Of a DNA stretch of 64,000 bases, positions 47,347 to 61,619 are shown in pieces. A model generated the notes under the pieces. That model searched no databases. It was given only the letters and a program-made list of their open reading frames with translations, and was not told where the DNA came from. The position numbers were made by a program, and so were the translations under genes. Numbering within the stretch: position 1 is the first letter of the stretch; every line of letters begins with the position of its first letter. Source of the DNA: Phyllobates terribilis (taxonomy: Eukaryota); NCBI RefSeq assembly GCF_046119375.1, contig NW_027362768.1, positions 168,454,001 to 168,518,000 on the forward strand. The letters are read 5' to 3'.

Positions 47347-50300
47347 ATGTTGGAACACGATGAGGACAGCGCCTCCGATATGGACTCCGACCTGGACCCT
47401 TCAGAACTGACAGATAAAGAAGTGCGTGGTCCAGTGTTGATGATGGGGAGGATTATACAATGTGTTCCCTACTGGGAGACTGGCCAGAGCTCCGCCTGTT
47501 ACTTACATTCTCAGGATCACTGAGAGGGCATGGGGGTCCACAGAGCAGACCCCCAGAGGTCATCACATGATGGGAATAGCTTTTGAATAATAAAATCTTG
47601 ATCAAATAAAAAATAGAAAATCTATAATGTGTTATTACATAAGTGGTAACTTTCCTCTATTCCTGTTGTAGCTGCAAGAAGCCTTCCTTCAGGGCAAGCT
47701 GAAACCTGGATTAAATCTAGTACTGGAAGAAAGGAAGAAGCCGCCTAATGATGTGGTGAGTGCGGGTACAAATCCATCCACAACTAGAGACGTCTGCACT
47801 GAAGACGATTTACTGTAATGACCTGTATAGAACTAATGCTAAAATAAACATCTGCTCCTTAACGTCAAAGCTAAATGAAAATCAAAGTAACTCGTTGCAT
47901 ATCACATAATGCAGATACCTAGTTACATCCTGTATTATACTCCAGAGCTGCACTCACTATTCTGCTGGTGCAGTTACTGTGTACATACATTACATTACTT
48001 ATCCTGTACTGATCCGGAGTTATATCCTGTATTATTCTCCAGAGCTGCACTCACTATTCTGCTGGTGGAGTCACTGTGTACATACATTACTGATCCTGAG
48101 TTACATCCTGGAGTGTACTCCAGAGCTGCACTCACTATTCTGCTGGTGCAATCACTGTGTACATACATTACATTACTGATCCTGTACTGATCCTGAGTTA
48201 CATCCTGTATTATACCCAGAGCTGCACTCACTATTCTGCTGGTGCAGTCACTGTGTACATACATTACATTACTGATCCTGTACTGATCCTGAGTTACATC
48301 CTGTATTATACTCCAGAGCTGCACTCACTATTCTGCTGGTGCAGTCACTGTGTACATACATTACATTACTGATCCTGAGTTACCACCTATATTATACTCC
48401 AGAGCTGCACTCACTATTCTGCTAGTCATTGTAAAGTTTCTGTGATTGTCAGCAGATTCTTCCTAGCAGTCTGGCTAAGCTCCTGTAATGCAGGTGACTA
48501 CAGTTTCTGGTGCACAGACACTTACAATGTAGTGTGACAGCGTTTGTTCTGTGCAGACACTGAACAATCACGAGATGCTCTGAATCTTGCAGAGTTGTGA
48601 CTGCTGCTCTGGAGTATAACACAAGCTTTAACTTTTTGTAAAGTGACTACATTTTTGTGTTGGTAAAATATCAGAGCCTTCTGTTTCCTTCACTAAAGTT
48701 TTCAGAGGTTGGGACAAATGTTTATTCTGATCCCGTCCATGTGATAATGCCTATTTCCGATTCAGAATGGCCTGAAGCAAAGTCTGAAGGACCTGAGGAA
48801 AAACCTTTCCTGGGTGGAGCGTCTGGATGTGACTACGGCCCCCGCACCAGACCCGACACTGCAGAGCAAGGACGAGACACAAGACACCGAGGATGCAGAA
48901 GATGATTTCAAAAGAGAGATGAGCTTGTAAGTGTCTATGCCGACAATGACGGGAAATGTAATGTGTCTGGACGGGGATGGGCTTCAGAGCAGAGATTCAC
49001 AATTCAGCTGAAACAGTCAGCAAGATGATATACAGAAAAATCCCTAGCAACATAGCACAGGGCTAACGTTGCAGGGGGGGCAAATATATTGTCAGATAAG
49101 TGGTGTGAACAATGTACATCACCTGACGCTGGAAGGCATGGGGAACACTGGGAGATTACACCTGAAGTGCAGCTCTGGAGTACAATACAGGATGTAAATC
49201 AGGATCAGTAATGTAATGTATGTAAACAGTGACTGCACCAGCAGAATAGTGAGTGCAGCTCTGGAGTATAATACAGGATGTAACTCAGGATCAGTAATGT
49301 AATGTATGTACACAGTGACTGCACCAGCAGAATAGTGAGTGCAGCTCTGAAGTATAATACAGGATGTAACTCAGGATCAGTACAGGATCAGTAATGTAAT
49401 GTATGTACACAGTGACTGCACCAGCAGAATAGTGAGTGCAGCTCTGGAGTATAATGCAGGATGTAACTCAGGATCAGTAATGTAATGTATGTACACAGTG
49501 ACTGCACCAGAAGAATAGTGAGTGCAGCTCTGGAGTATAATACAGGATGTAACTCAGGATCAGTCATGTAATGTATGTACACAGTGACTGCACCAGCAGA
49601 ATAGTGAGTGCTGCTCTGGAGTATAATACAGGATGTAACTCGGGATCAGTAATGTAATGTATGTACACAGTGACTGCACCAGCAGAATAGTGAGTGCAGC
49701 TCTGGAGTATAATGCAGGATGTAACTCGGGATCAGTAATGTATGTACATAGTGACTGCACCAGCAGAATAGTGAGTGCAGCTCTGGAGTATAATGCAGGA
49801 TGTAACTCAGGATCAGTAATGTAATGTATGTACACAGTGACTGCACCAGAAGAATAGTGAGTGCAGCTCTGGAGTATAATGCAGGATGTAACTCAGGATC
49901 AGTAATGTAATGTATGTACACAGTGACTGCACCAGCAGAATAGTGAGTGCAGCTCTGGAGTATAATGCAGGATGTAACTCGGGATCAGTAATGTATGTAC
50001 ATAGTGACTGCACCAGCAGAATAGTGAGTGCAGCTCTGGAGTATAATGCAGGATGTAACTCAGGATCAGTAATGTAATGTATGTACACAGTGACTGCACC
50101 AGCAGAATAGTGAGTGCTGCTCTGGAGTATAATACAGGATGTAACTCAGGATCAGTACAGGATCAGTAATATAATGTATGTACACAGCGACTGCACCAGC
50201 AGAATAGTGAGTGCTGCTCTGGAGTATAATACAGGATGTAACTCGGGATCAGTAATGTAATGTATGTACACAGTGACTGCACCAGCAGAATAGTGAGTGC

Positions 50301-53300
50301 AGCTCTGGAGTATAATGCAGGATGTAACTCGGGATCAGTAATGTATGTACATAGTGACTGCACCAGCAGAATAGTGAGTGCAGCTCTGGAGTATAATGCA
50401 GGATGTAACTCAGGATCAGTAATGTAATGTATGTACACAGTGACTGCACCAGCAGAATAGTGAGTGCTGCTCTGGAGTATAATGCAGGATGTAACTCAGG
50501 ATCAGTAATGTAATGTATGTACATAGTGAGTGCATCTTCTGTTGTAATGTCTTTGTATAATTTCTGTCCTTTCCCTTCAGTTACCGCCAGGCTCAGGCTG
50601 CAGTTCTCTTCGCTTTACCTCGTCTTCAACAGCTGAAAGTCTCTACAAAACGTCCTGAAGATTATTTTGCAGAGATGGCCAAAACTGACCAACACATGCA
50701 GAAGGTTAGTGGATCCTCTCCTCCAGTGTGAGCAGATTCCTGCAGTTTGGAAGTTGAGTAGAATATTTTTTATTTTGTGTATAAATTGTAATCGCGCCAT
50801 AATGGAAGCTTCCACAACCGTCCTATACATTTTGCGTTCACTTATTCATCATTTTCAATATTTCTTCTTGCTGTAAGTGAATGGCAAATTACTAGTTTAT
50901 GTCCTGAGGATGAGAACCCGCCACGTGATGAGCACACCGGTGCCTGGCTCATTGCTGTGCAGGTGTCGCAGCGCTCCCTTAAAACAAGCTGTGACCTGGC
51001 AGATACTTTGGAAGTAAATCACTGATTGCAGTTGGAAATACTGAAAATCGTGAGGTTTACGATTATATTTACTGAGATTTGTTTGCTGAAAAGAAAAAAA
51101 TCTCTGGAAATAACGTCATGGTGGTGAGGATGTTGTAGTGTCCTGTGTTCATGACAAGGAATAGGTGATGTTTACATTTAAAGGAGACCTGTTTAATTTT
51201 ATTTACTGTGGGTTGAAGTCCTAACAGGCAGTTAGTTGCTACATACCTGCCTGTTGTGGCCGACACCGATCTCTGCCGGTACTGAGCTGTCGCTGACCAC
51301 CCCTGCCGGTGATTCTGTGGCTTCAGACATAACCTGTAGAAATCTCAATCTTTTTGTATGAGAAGGAGAGGCCTCATTGCAGAACAGATGAATTCATTCT
51401 ATTGCTCCCTGTTATCTGTCACTTAAGTTTTTTTTTTTTTTTTTCTTTGGTTTTCTAGGTCAGAAAGAAACTTCAATCCAAACAGATCTCGATGGAGAAA
51501 TCTGAAAAAGCCAAGCAGCTGCGAGCTCTGAGGAAGTATGGGAAGAAGGTGAGCGTGTGCGGCAGGTGTCTTGCCGTGACGGAGGCTTTCGTGTCCGTGC
51601 ACACTCGCCTGACGTTCTGCTGCTCATACTGTTCTTGTTGGCTGCTGTCATCTTTAGGTGCAAGTTGAAGTCTTACAGAAGAGACAGAAGGAGAAATCCA
51701 ACATGATGCATCAGATCAAGAAGTATCAGAAAGGTAAAAATCAGCGAGGACACAGTCTGTGCAGAAAGAGCCTGACAGATGCAGGTCCCAGTGGTGGGAC
51801 CTCAATTTATCTCCAGAATGGGGCCCTGTATCTCGCAGCAGGGCGTTCATGCCACTATCTATCAACTTTTATGGGTGTTGTAAGTTTTTGAAACTTTTTT
51901 TAGAAGTGGAGTTAGTCACAAGTGCTCAGGTGCACTCTGAAGCCTTTTATTGCGCTTTGCTCAATCACATTCATAGACTTCTATGGGCTCCATTGACATC
52001 TCGATCTTCCAAAGTAAAGCCTATCTTTTGCTAAAAGAAAATATGGAAGGAGATTGCTCTGTTTTTGAAACTCCCAGTGAAGCAAATGGAGAGAGAGCCA
52101 TGTATGCACCACCACCTCTTCATTTTTAGAAACGCAAGACTGTGTCCCTGTGGATATGTCAAATGTCTGAGATGGAAACTCTCCTTTAAGTCTAGTGGAT
52201 CTGTTTAGTGAGCTCCCCCTAGTGATTACTGTATAAATGTGAAGGCAGTGAGCTCCCTCTAGTGGTGGCTGTATACATCTGTATGCAGTGAGCTCCCTCT
52301 AGTGATGGCTGTATACATCTGTATGCAGTGAGCTCCCTCTAGTGATGGCTGTATACATCTGTATGCAGTGAGCTCCCTCTAGTGGTGGCTGTATGCAGTG
52401 AGCTCCCTCTAGTGGTGGCTGTATACATCTGTATGCAGTGAGCTCCCTCTAGTGATGGCTGTATACATCTGTATGCAGTGAGCTCCCTCTAGTGATGGCT
52501 GTATACATCTGTATGCAGTGAGCTCCCTCTAGTGGTGGCTGTATACAGCTGTATGCAGTGAGCTCCCTCTAGTGGTGGCTGTATACAGCTGTATGCAGTG
52601 AGCTCCCTCTAGTGGTGGCTGTATACATCTGTATGCAGTGAGCTCCCTCTAGTGATGGCTGTATACATCTGTATGCAGTGAGCTCCCTCTAGTGGTGGCT
52701 GTATACAGCTGTATGCAGTGAGCTCCCTCTAGTGGTGGCTGTATACATCTGTATGCAGTGAGCTCCCCCTAGTGGTAACTGTGTAAATCTGTATGTAGAG
52801 AACTCCTAGTGGTGACTGTATAAATCTGTATGTAGAGAACTCTCCCTAGTGGTGGCTGCAGGCACAATTTTTTTTTAAATTAATGTATCCAGAATGTCTA
52901 TTTAAAAAAAAAAAAAAAAAAAAAGGTTGTGGGCACTACTTGTAATTTGTGTACTTCATTGCTTTAGATCCTTGACATAATTTTATTTAATTTTCAAGGT
53001 CTTTCTGATAAGCTGGATTTTCTAGAGGGCGATCAGCAGCGACAGAAATCTGATGGCGTACAACAGAAGGGTAAAAAAGGGTGAGTGTCCCGAGACTGCA
53101 CAGAAATGTCTGCAGGTTGTAATAACTCTGCTACATGCTGGCATTTCTGGGTTTATAGCCGCTATGGAGGCACAGGCGACAGATCAATAGAGGTGCTGGT
53201 CCAGATATACTTTGCCTGTTGTTAGGAACTTGTAGATTCACATAATACATAGAATTATCTTAGTTTTACACAAACTGCTAAACTTTTTTTTTTTTTCTCC

Positions 53301-55436
53301 TGCACAAAGACCCAATGCCAAGAGAAAATACAAAGACCAGAAATTTGGATTTGGAGGAAGGAAAAAAGGATCAAAGATGAACACAAAGGAAAGTGTTAAT
53401 GATGTGTCTGGTTTCCGAGCAAAGGTAGCACATGGACGAGGCGCCAAAAGACCCGGGAAGAAGGGAGGCAAGAACGCAAATGTAAGGAGATGAGGCTTTG
53501 TAATTATGAACTATTTATATTTACAGAAAGAAGAAACCTGCATCCACCGAGCAGACACCATAGATATATCATACACTATATTATACTGCCAGAGCTGCAC
53601 TCACTATTTTGCTGGTGCAGTCACTGTGTACATACATTACATTACTGATCCGGAGTTACATCCTGTATTATACTCCAGAGCTGCACTCACTATTCTGCTG
53701 GTGCAGTCACTGTATACATACATTACATTACTGATCCTGAGTTACATCCTGTATTATACTCCAGAGCAGCACTCACCATTCTGCTTGTGCAGTTACTGTG
53801 TACATACATTACTGATCCTGAGTTACATCCTGTATTATACTCCAGAGCTGCACTCACTATTCTGCTGGTGCAGTTACTGTGTACATACATTGCATTACTT
53901 ATCCTGCACTGATCCTGAGTTACATCCTGTATTATACTCCAGAGCTGCATTCACTATTCTGCTGGTGCAGTCACTGTATGCATACATACATTACTTATCC
54001 TGTACTGATCCTGAGTTACATCCTGTATTATACTCCAGAGCTGCACTCACTATTCTGCTGGTGCAGTTACTGTGTACATACATTACTGATCCTGAGTTAC
54101 ATCCTGTATTATACTCCAGAGCAGCACTCACTATTCTGCTGGTGCAGTCACTGTATGCATACATACATTACATTACTGATCCTGAGTTACATCCTGTATT
54201 ATACTCCAGAGCTGCACTCACTATTCTGCTGGTGCAGTCACTGTGTACATACAATACATTACTGATCCTGTACTGATCCTGAGTTACATCATGTATTATA
54301 CTCCAGAGCTGCACTCACTATTCTGCTGGTGCAGTTACTGTGTACATACATTGCATTACTTATCCTGCTCTGATCCTGAGTTACATCCTGTATTATACTC
54401 CAGAGCAGCACTCACTATTCTGCTGGTGCAGTCACTGTATGCATACATACATTACTTATCCTGTACTGATCCTGAGTTACATCCTGTATTATACTCCAGA
54501 GCTGCACTCACTATTCTGCTGGTGCAGTCACTGTGTACATACAATACATTACTGATCCTGTACTGATCCTGAGTTACATCATGTATTATACTCCAGAGCT
54601 GCACTCACTATTCTGCTGGTGCAGTTACTGTGTACATACATTGCATTACTTATCCTGCAGTGATCCTGAGTTACATCCTGTATTATACTCCAGAGCTGCA
54701 CTCACTATTCTGCTGGTGCAGTCACTGTGTACATACAATACATTACTGATCCTGTACTGATCCTGAGTTACATCATGTATTATACTCCAGAGCTGCACTC
54801 ACTATTCTGCTGGTGCAGTTACTGTGTACATACATTGCATTACTTATCCTGCAGTGATCCTGAGTTACATCCTGTATTATACTCCAGAGCTGCACTCACT
54901 ATTCTGCTGGTGCAGTCACTGTGTACATACATTACTGATCCTGAGTTACATTCTGTATTATACTCCAGAGCTGCACTCACTATTGTGCTGGTGCAGTCAC
55001 TGTGTACATACACTACATTACTGATCCTGTACTGATCCTGAGTTACATCCTGTAGTATACTCCAGAGCTGCACTCACTATTCTGCTGGTGCAGTCACTGT
55101 GTACATACATTACATTACTGATCCTGAGTTACATCCTGTATTATACTCCAGAGCTGCACTCACTATTCTGCTGGTGCAGTCTGTGTACATACATTATGTG
55201 TGCACTGTTCTGATTTACACGCAGATATAAAAGCTACTTTTCTTTATTTGTAGCAGTAGTTTTGGTCCTTGTTGGCTAATAAAAGCTCTCCCCCATTATG
55301 TATAATGCTATCTGATAAAGAGTTAAATTATGTCCTGTAGAGTTTCACAATAATAAACGTGATTTTTTTTCTTCTGTTCATGCAGAAGAGACCTGGTAAG
55401 AAGGTTCGGCAGAAGATGAAGAATAAGGGAAGATGA
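47347..55436 (+). CDS. EBNA1BP2: EBNA1-binding protein 2 (EBP2, pre-rRNA processing factor), 304 aa, 9 coding exons
   Basis: Exons: 47347-47421, 47672-47755, 48766-48926, 50581-50704, 51459-51548, 51658-51733, 52999-53080, 53310-53481, 55386-55436 (915 nt, GT-AG, phases consistent). Kozak GCCGCCATG; peptides LKPGLN, DDFKREMSFYRQAQ, RPEDYFAEMAK, KFGFGGRKKG; ATTAAA at 55582. Confidence 0.97.
47921..48423 (+). repeat. 81-97-bp minisatellite, array 2 of 5
   Basis: Same unit as 34331-35337. Confidence 0.93.
49166..50533 (-). repeat. 81-97-bp minisatellite, array 3 of 5 (inverted orientation)
   Basis: Reverse complement of the same unit; ends about 47 bp before an EBNA1BP2 acceptor. Confidence 0.95.
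52207..52860. repeat. 40-bp minisatellite (GTGAGCTCCCTCTAGTGGTGGCTGTATACATCTGTATGCA)
   Basis: About 14-15 tandem copies with degenerate edges. Confidence 0.95.
53580..55195 (+). repeat. 81-97-bp minisatellite, array 4 of 5
   Basis: Same unit, with local sub-variants (CATTGCATTACTTATCCTG, CATACAATACATTA) arranged in higher-order pairs. Confidence 0.95.
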
Positions 55437-56480
55437 GACTGATGTGCTGATTTAGGACATTGACATCCTGCCGATCTCCTCTTGGTGGAGCTGTATATTC
55501 TCAGAGACTTTCTTGCGGCAGCGGGTACAGCCCCCGGCCGCTCCTGTTATGCTGTTTTTATAGATTAAGATTCATGATTCTATTAAATAACACAAGTGGG
55601 ATCTACAGATGCTTCAGCACTTTACTGTAAATTGGGCTGGAACGCTAAGGGCCCCAAATGGCTGACGGCCGACACTGGAGCTGGTCTATATATCGCTGGT
55701 ACTGGTGAGGAGGGCTGGGTGCTTTGTGAGCAAGCTTAAGATGATGCTCTTCTTCCTCCATTCTTTATACTGCAGGTGTTGCTCATTACTATGTTAGAGA
55801 TCCCATTCTCAGTAATTGGAGGAGTATTGTTGGGGTAAGGATCGCAGGAAATCTGATCACTTGAGGAATTCCACGGATTCTGAAAGTGAAGGGGGGACTT
55901 TAAGTGACCCCGACAGGCTGCAGTTCCCCACACAGTCAGGTGGACTGAAGTAGCTGCTAGTAATGACGTATCCTAGCAATATGTCTTATCTATGTAAGAT
56001 TGGAGTCGCCCTCGGAGACCTTAACCCACCACACAAGATTGTTTGGTTCTCCCTCATACCAGATTAATTCTGACTTTGTGCTTCCTTTTTTTTTTTTTTA
56101 AATCTTAAAAGGGCTTTCCTAAGATTTACACTAATTGAACTAGCTATTGGATATACTGATCACTGGGGTCTGACCGCTGGGACCACCAGTATTCCCCAGA
56201 CTGGGGCACTGCAGACTTTTACCTATGTACAGTGTACAGACTGATACTTTACAGGAAAAGTAGGAGACACAACTTTGAGGATTTATACTCATGGCTTTAT
56301 CCGATGTGAGTGTTCATGTGGAGGAACTATAAGTCTCAGCCTGTCCTCCTCTCACACACAGGACATGGGCTGCAGCAGTAATTACATTTTGTAGATCGGA
56401 ATCTGCTCATTCGTCTGGAATGATAGTGTGAATGCGGCTGTATTCTCAGACCCTGCGGTCTGGCAGGACCTTCTCCACCA

Positions 56481-58703
56481 TCACTGCAGATTGACGCTCT
56501 GTTCTTTAAGCTTCCACGCTGTCTCCATGTACGCCGTGATCTCAGTCTTCTGGCGATGATGATGCAGCCGCCTGTCTGTCCGGTCAATGTCGATCTGTAG
56601 GGGGAAGAAAGAGATGAATGTCTGACCCTCTGTCCTCCCTCCTGGCAGTAACTGAGCTGACACGCACCAGAGGTTGAGTTATCCAGCCGATCTCTTGGCT
56701 CATGGTTTGTGGCTCCGTATACTTTTTGGTCGGTTCCAAAGCTGCGTGATGAATTATATTCAGGAAGTTTTCTGCCCATATGTTAAAAAAAAACAAAACA
56801 ATTTATCAAAAATATTAATGATATTTGATAGCTGTCAGTGAATAGAAGCAATGACTAGCCTAACCTCATTCTTCTTGTAACTGATGACTACAGTCACTTA
56901 TCACCAGTGTATTTAAACTTCATCACACAATTCCCTAAATTGCATTTTCAGGGTAAAATCAATATCAATGTCTGTCCTGCCCTGGGTACAATGAAGATGT
57001 GACATAGGGACTGAGCTCAATAACTGCAAGGTCAGTGACCCCTGATGAGGGACAAACCTGCTCCCACAGCGCTACCTGCTGCCCTATGGAGCCCGATCTA
57101 TGAAGAAGCTGGTGCTTTCTGCATTCCAGCAGCTCGTAATACTCACCATCGGCGGTCTCGTTCTGGTTCTCATGCCAAGCCATTGGCTTCCCTGTCACTG
57201 CATGCACTATGAAAATAAAATAAAAGTGGGGTTAGAATGGCGGCTAAAGGATTTTTTTTATGGGCATTTGATTCACATTCATCAAAATGGTGAAATTTAA
57301 ATCCAGATCACAGAGGTGCCCGGGTCGATGCCGGAGAGGTGGCTGCGCATGGAATATGCCGTAAATCGTGGTTGCTGCCTGCTCCGATGTCTCTAATTTC
57401 CATATTAGTGAATGTAAATAGTTGGGCACACGCGTGGCTACCTCAACAGATGGACTGGGGGATCCCCTCGCTTCAATTTAGTGAGAGACCCTCATCTAGT
57501 GGGCATACCATCAGTGTCTAAGGGCTCTGATTGCTGTTTCACCACTTAAAGGGACTCTGTCAGCACAGAATGACTGTTCAAACCAGATACAGGTGCCAGG
57601 GGCATCATAGCGCGGCCAATCATTTACAGCTTCCCATCTGCTTGTTTTTTGACAGTTTCAGAGTCCTTTTAAGTGGCGTCCATCGCCCTCAGCACTGTAT
57701 GATCATAGGGGCTGATTGGTTGCCATGACAGCCGGGACTTTCTGGAAGCCGCTGTTCTGCCATCTTGCTGCTCCAATGAAGCCGATGCACAGGTTGCATC
57801 CCATAGGAGACATATTACAGTAATAAAGTATAGCAGGTTCAAGTCCCCTTGTTGTGACTAAAAAAATGAGATGTAATAAAAAGTTTTAATAAATATTCAA
57901 AACAATAAAAACTAAATTTTAATTAATCCCCTTTTCCTAATCCAGAAAAAAAATCCTATTGGGTATTGCAGAAAAAAAAATCCTATTGGGTATTGCTGCC
58001 GCCGGCGCCGCCGTTTTGTGCGGCAGCGTCTCCTACAAAAAATGGAATAAAAAAATTATGGAAGCCTTGTAAGCACCTGAGAATGTCACCAACAGAGGCC
58101 GCAGCTCGGCACAGAACACACAGACAAGTGCTCGCATTACTGCATCGACGGAAGAAGGAAAAGTTACGGCTCTCAGAAAGCGGGATAGAGAAAAAACGTC
58201 TTTTTTTTTTTTTTTTATACGTTATGCAATAATAAGTGATCCCAGTCTGGCATCGCCGTGATCGCTCTGCCCGGGAGAATCGCAGTATCGGGTCGTCATC
58301 ACCGGACAATGAACATACAAATAAAACAACAATGGTGGAAAAATAAAAAAAAGTTACGTCTCTTGGAAAAAAAAACCCAAGGTGCGAAAATGTAAATGCT
58401 GGGCGTCCTGACAACGCTGTGATCTGCCGCCATCTCTGCAGCAGGTTTCACCTCTGATTGCGTTTTGAGAAAACTTTTCTGTGCACGGGGCAGATGAGCT
58501 GGGAACAGTTCAGACCCTGCGGCAGAGCCGCCTGGCCCGCACACAGAGCAGGATACATTACTCCTATGATGCGGGTTGATGCTGTACTCGGTGACCAGTC
58601 TCTGGCTGCGGTTCTCCTTGCGGATTGTTTCCCGGTGGATGGCATTGAGCGACACCTCGTCCCGCGGAGCTTTCTCTCGCTGTCCCGTCGCCGTGGCCGC
58701 CAT
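56481..58703 (-). CDS. FAM183A: FAM183A / CFAP144 (ciliary microtubule-associated protein), 139 aa, 4 exons
   Basis: Exons (minus): 58703-58562, 57206-57147, 56771-56668, 56594-56481; phases 1/1/0 are consistent. Peptides HRETIRKE...[20 protein letters not shown]...KKY.EPQT..QEIGW match FAM183 as I recall it. Position next to EBNA1BP2 agrees with the human 1p34 order. Confidence 0.9.
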
Positions 58704-58735
58704 TTTCCGGGTTGGTTGCTGTGGTTTTGCATCCT

Positions 58736-58814
58736 GCTTCCATGGAAACAGTTAAGACCCGCTCAGGCTATTCTTCTTGGCGCCTGAGCGGATGTGTGCC
58801 GTTGCCACAGCAAC
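58736..58814. promoter_or_regulatory. RFX X-box motifs upstream of FAM183A
   Basis: GTTGCCACAGCAAC (58801-58814) fits GTNRCC-N0-3-RGYAAC; an imperfect GCTTCCATGGAAAC is at 58736-58749. Confidence 0.65.
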
Positions 58815-59434
58815 TAAGGACCCCGCCGTATGGCTGTAGATGTGCCTGAGCTGACGGCTACTGGAGGCGAGAAGGGTCAGGAGAGGTTTCTATGGCGACT
58901 GTGACCTTATATGGCTGTGCGGGAGCTGCACCCTGCGCTGTTGGAGCCATCACCGTATATTTCCAGGCCGATGATTTGTTCTTGTTTAATACAATAAAGC
59001 ATTTTTTTTATTTGAGGGCTTTTTTTTTACATCTTTTTATTAAACATTTTCTTAAATTTTTAGCTGCACAACATACATGAGCCTGACCACTGGTATAATA
59101 GTATTACAGACTGTATGAGCGTCTGTCGGGGGCTAATGGGTGTACTAAGATGGCCGACCGGGGCCATTGCTGCATTTTGATGCGCAGATAATCAGCCCAA
59201 ATAAACATGGCAGCGATCACATCACCAATAAGGGAAGCGCTCTCTCGCCAGATTATTGGGGCGCTTCATGCTGCCAAAAAATCTGCATCAATCACCGGGT
59301 GTAACCAGGGCAGTACGGGGATGGGGCCCGTGCGAGCGACTGTTCTGTCCCTATCATTACTTGTTGGCCAGTAACCGAGCACAGAACAACTTGTATATTC
59401 ACTTCCCAAATCTGAAGGACAAGAAAGACTGACA

Positions 59435-60275
59435 CCCCTAGAGTATAACGCCCTCAATGCCCCCCACACAGTATAATGCCCCCACAGATCCCTGCACACA
59501 GTATAATGCCCCAAAGATCCCTCCACACAGTATAATGGCCCCCACAGATCCCTGCACACAGTGTAATGCCCCCAAAGATCCCTCCACACAGTATAATGCC
59601 CCCACAGATCTCCCACACAATATAATGGCCACCACAGATCCCCCCACACAGTATAATGCCCCCACAGATCCCTGCACACAGAATAATACCCCCACAGATC
59701 CTCCACACAATATAATGGCCCCCACAAATCCCCCAACACAGTATAATGGCCCCAACGGAACACCCCACACAGTATAATGGCCCCCACAGATCCCCCCGCA
59801 CAGTATAATGCCCTCACAGATCCCTGCACACAGAATAATGCCCCCACAGATCCCTCCACACAATATAATGGCCCAACAAATCCCCCAACACAGTATAATG
59901 GCCCCACAGATCCCCCCACACACAGTACAATGGCCCCTACAGAACCCCCCCCACACACAGAGTATAATGCCCTCATTGTCCCCCTACACAGTATAACGGC
60001 CCCAAAGATCCCCTCACACTGTATAATGGCCTCCACAAAGTCTAATGCACCCATTGCCCCCCACACAGTATAATGGCCCCACAGATCCACCACGCAGTAT
60101 AATGACCCCATAGATCTCCCCACACAGTATAATGCCCCCCCACGCAGAATATTGCTCCCACAGCTCCCCCACACACACAGTATAATGCCCCCATAGCCCC
60201 TTCCTTAGATTCCTTAGACAGTATGATGGCCTTCCCATCTCCCTACACAGTATGATGCCCCTTCTCGCAGTATGA
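59435..60275. repeat. ~31-bp minisatellite (CACAGTATAATGGCCCCCACAGATCCCTCCA)
   Basis: Degenerate tandem array between FAM183A and PIF1; source of the spurious Gly/Cys-rich ORFs. Confidence 0.9.
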
Positions 60276-61619
60276 TGTCCCTCTACTCCAATGGAATTTA
60301 AAAAAGAAAAAAAACCTAGCCAAAAAGATACAGATACAGTTAAAAGCAGGACAGCCCCCCAAACCCGGCAGTGTCTCTGTTGAATTCCTGGATGGGTAGG
60401 AGGATGAGGATGCAGTTGATCAGCGCTCATTTAATGGCTTGTGATCGGTCGGTGTAAACGCAGCCTCAGTCCTCCTTCACATGTCCATGTGTAAACACAT
60501 ACGTGAAAAAAGAAAAAATGGTAGCAGTGTCATCAGTATTTTGGATCAGTGTGTCATCAGTATTTTGGATCAGTGTGTCATCAGTGTTTTTCACAAATGG
60601 ATAAATAAATGACAAAGCGTCTCTTCTAAATGAACAGTAAATGAATGCCATCCGTGTGCTGAACGAGTTTTCCACAGACCCATAGATTTGTATTAGGACT
60701 TGTCATCCGCACTGCCAGAAAAAAACGGATGTGTGAACAGCCCCATAGACTATATGCTGTAAAAAGACAGAACACGCACGTGCAACATGGATGTGTGAAT
60801 GAGGCCTTAGGCTCCTGGCAGAGACCTGCAGTGACCGGTGGACCCCGCTGACTTATAATGGCGTCTCTCAGATGGCGTCTGCTGCTGGATGGAGAGAATA
60901 TGGCGGCAGCGCTATTTCTATCATCAAATCTGATGTGATTTCCAAAAGATGCTCCGGCGCTAAAGTGAAGTTTTATATCCTCTGATTAGAGGGGTTTTCT
61001 GATAAGACAAATTTGCTGGGTCTCTATGAGAAGCGAGACGGACGGCAGTCGGCACATCAGATACATGTGGTCCTGGGACCGCCCATGGGCACGGAGAATA
61101 CGGGGGGCCGTGACACTTATCACCACGTGGCTGTTTGTAATCACTTAGTTACTGCAGACTTGTCTTCTCGGCCTGGAAAACCCCTTTAAGAAATTTTCGA
61201 CACTATTTCTGCGCTGTGGAGTCCGCGCCTGCGCTCCGACCACCTTTCTAACACCAGATGTATCCGTCCAGGACGGCGTAAAACTGGAAAAAGTTGCAAC
61301 ATTTTACACCAGAATTCTGTCAAAAACTGCTGGGCCCCATGAGTGTGAGGTGCACTCCCTTTATCTGACTGAGCAGGGCTCCTTGGGGGTTGTCTTCTCT
61401 TCTAAATAATCCCTCACATTGAAATGAGTTCTAGGACCCTCTTGCCATAATTAACTTTCAACTTTCATAATTTTTTATTTTATAGAAATTGACACAAGGG
61501 GTTTTGTCTGCAGCGTTTTCTACAAGAATCAGCCCAGAACTATGAGGATTTGTGCTTTTTCTTTGCCAGCAGCTGCCACATAAACACAACCATGAGTTTC
61601 CCCAAACAAAGATGGACGC

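Noticed and set aside
50925-51025. Possible intronic C/D snoRNA (GTGATGA ... CTGA) in EBNA1BP2
   Set aside because: There is no terminal stem, no clear C'/D' boxes and no recognisable rRNA antisense element.
47909-55073. Repeating [28 protein letters not shown] ORFs
   Set aside because: They are translations of the 81-97-bp minisatellite.
59266-60430. 302-aa Gly/Cys-rich ORF and overlapping ORFs
   Set aside because: They derive from the ~31-bp minisatellite.
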